Assembly: GCF_001194135.2 (NCBI RefSeq) | Contig: NC_068990.1 | Location: 62,734,836-62,798,835 of the forward strand | Length of the DNA: 64,000 bases | DNA from: Octopus bimaculoides | Taxonomy: Eukaryota | Direction: 5' to 3' | Part shown: positions 63,454 to 64,000 of the stretch, piece by piece | Layout of the letters: every line of letters starts with the position of its first letter | How positions within the stretch are numbered: position 1 is the first letter of the stretch | Position numbers and translations under genes: made by a program | Notes under the pieces: generated by a model | What the model saw: only the letters and a program-made list of their open reading frames with translations | The model's database searches: none | Told to the model about the DNA's origin: nothing

Positions 63454-64000
63454 ATATATGTATATAAATACAAAGGTAAAAATTATTAAAGATAATAATT
63501 TGCACCAGTGCGTAAAGACATTTCATACCATTTGTAAAAACAGTCAGAAGACATAAATATTTTATAACATATATGAGTGTATAAAAATTTATACACGGAA
63601 AGAGGACCGCTATGTGGACTTCTTACATACTAAAGAAAGCACACATATCCCAAAAAACATTCATATATATGGCACATTGATTGTAAGCGAGCAGGACACC
63701 TGGATGAATAAAAGTCTCAGTTAACTCTGTACCCTGGAGTTTCACCATTACAGAACGTCTTGTTGACAAACCACAGCAGTAATTGTTTTCACCTCAATAG
63801 ACTTCATTGATTGATCGAAATTACCGAAATACGACAACTTTAACACGAAATAACTTCGAAAATAAAGAATTTTCTGAAAAATGCCAAGAGTAACTGATGT
63901 TTTAAATGACACATTCTACCAGTATACGAAATTTGAAAGTGTTTAGTTACAAAGAGATATTTTTTTCTATGTGCCGGCCAAAAGGAAAAGATCCTATATA

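Overview
Eukaryotic, AT-rich, microsatellite-dense genomic DNA with about 14 assembly gaps (N runs). The SINE and repeat landscape points to a coleoid cephalopod, most likely Octopus (inferred from recognised repeat types, not from a database search). I find no intact host protein-coding gene, and most ORF-track entries are translations of microsatellites or N runs. The window is a transposable-element graveyard: three tRNA-derived SINE families (called S1, S2, S3 here), Penelope-like retroelement (PLE) remnants, RTE/CR1/RLE LINE fragments, a Gypsy gag-pro-RT fragment, several mariner fragments, Tigger- and piggyBac-type MITEs, Chapaev-like and hAT-like transposases, Helitron/Helentron pieces, and a convergent THAP + SAP-SWIM relic. 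The main unexplained theme is a set of about 9 minimal type-I hammerhead-ribozyme-like motifs from several families, often within inverted repeats. The most interesting are a tRNA-headed, hammerhead-tailed short element bounded by an inverted copy of its own tail (57659-58075) and a spacer-less 150-bp palindrome with a hammerhead-like fold on each strand (63304-63453). All alignments and folds were done by eye; no activity is demonstrated.
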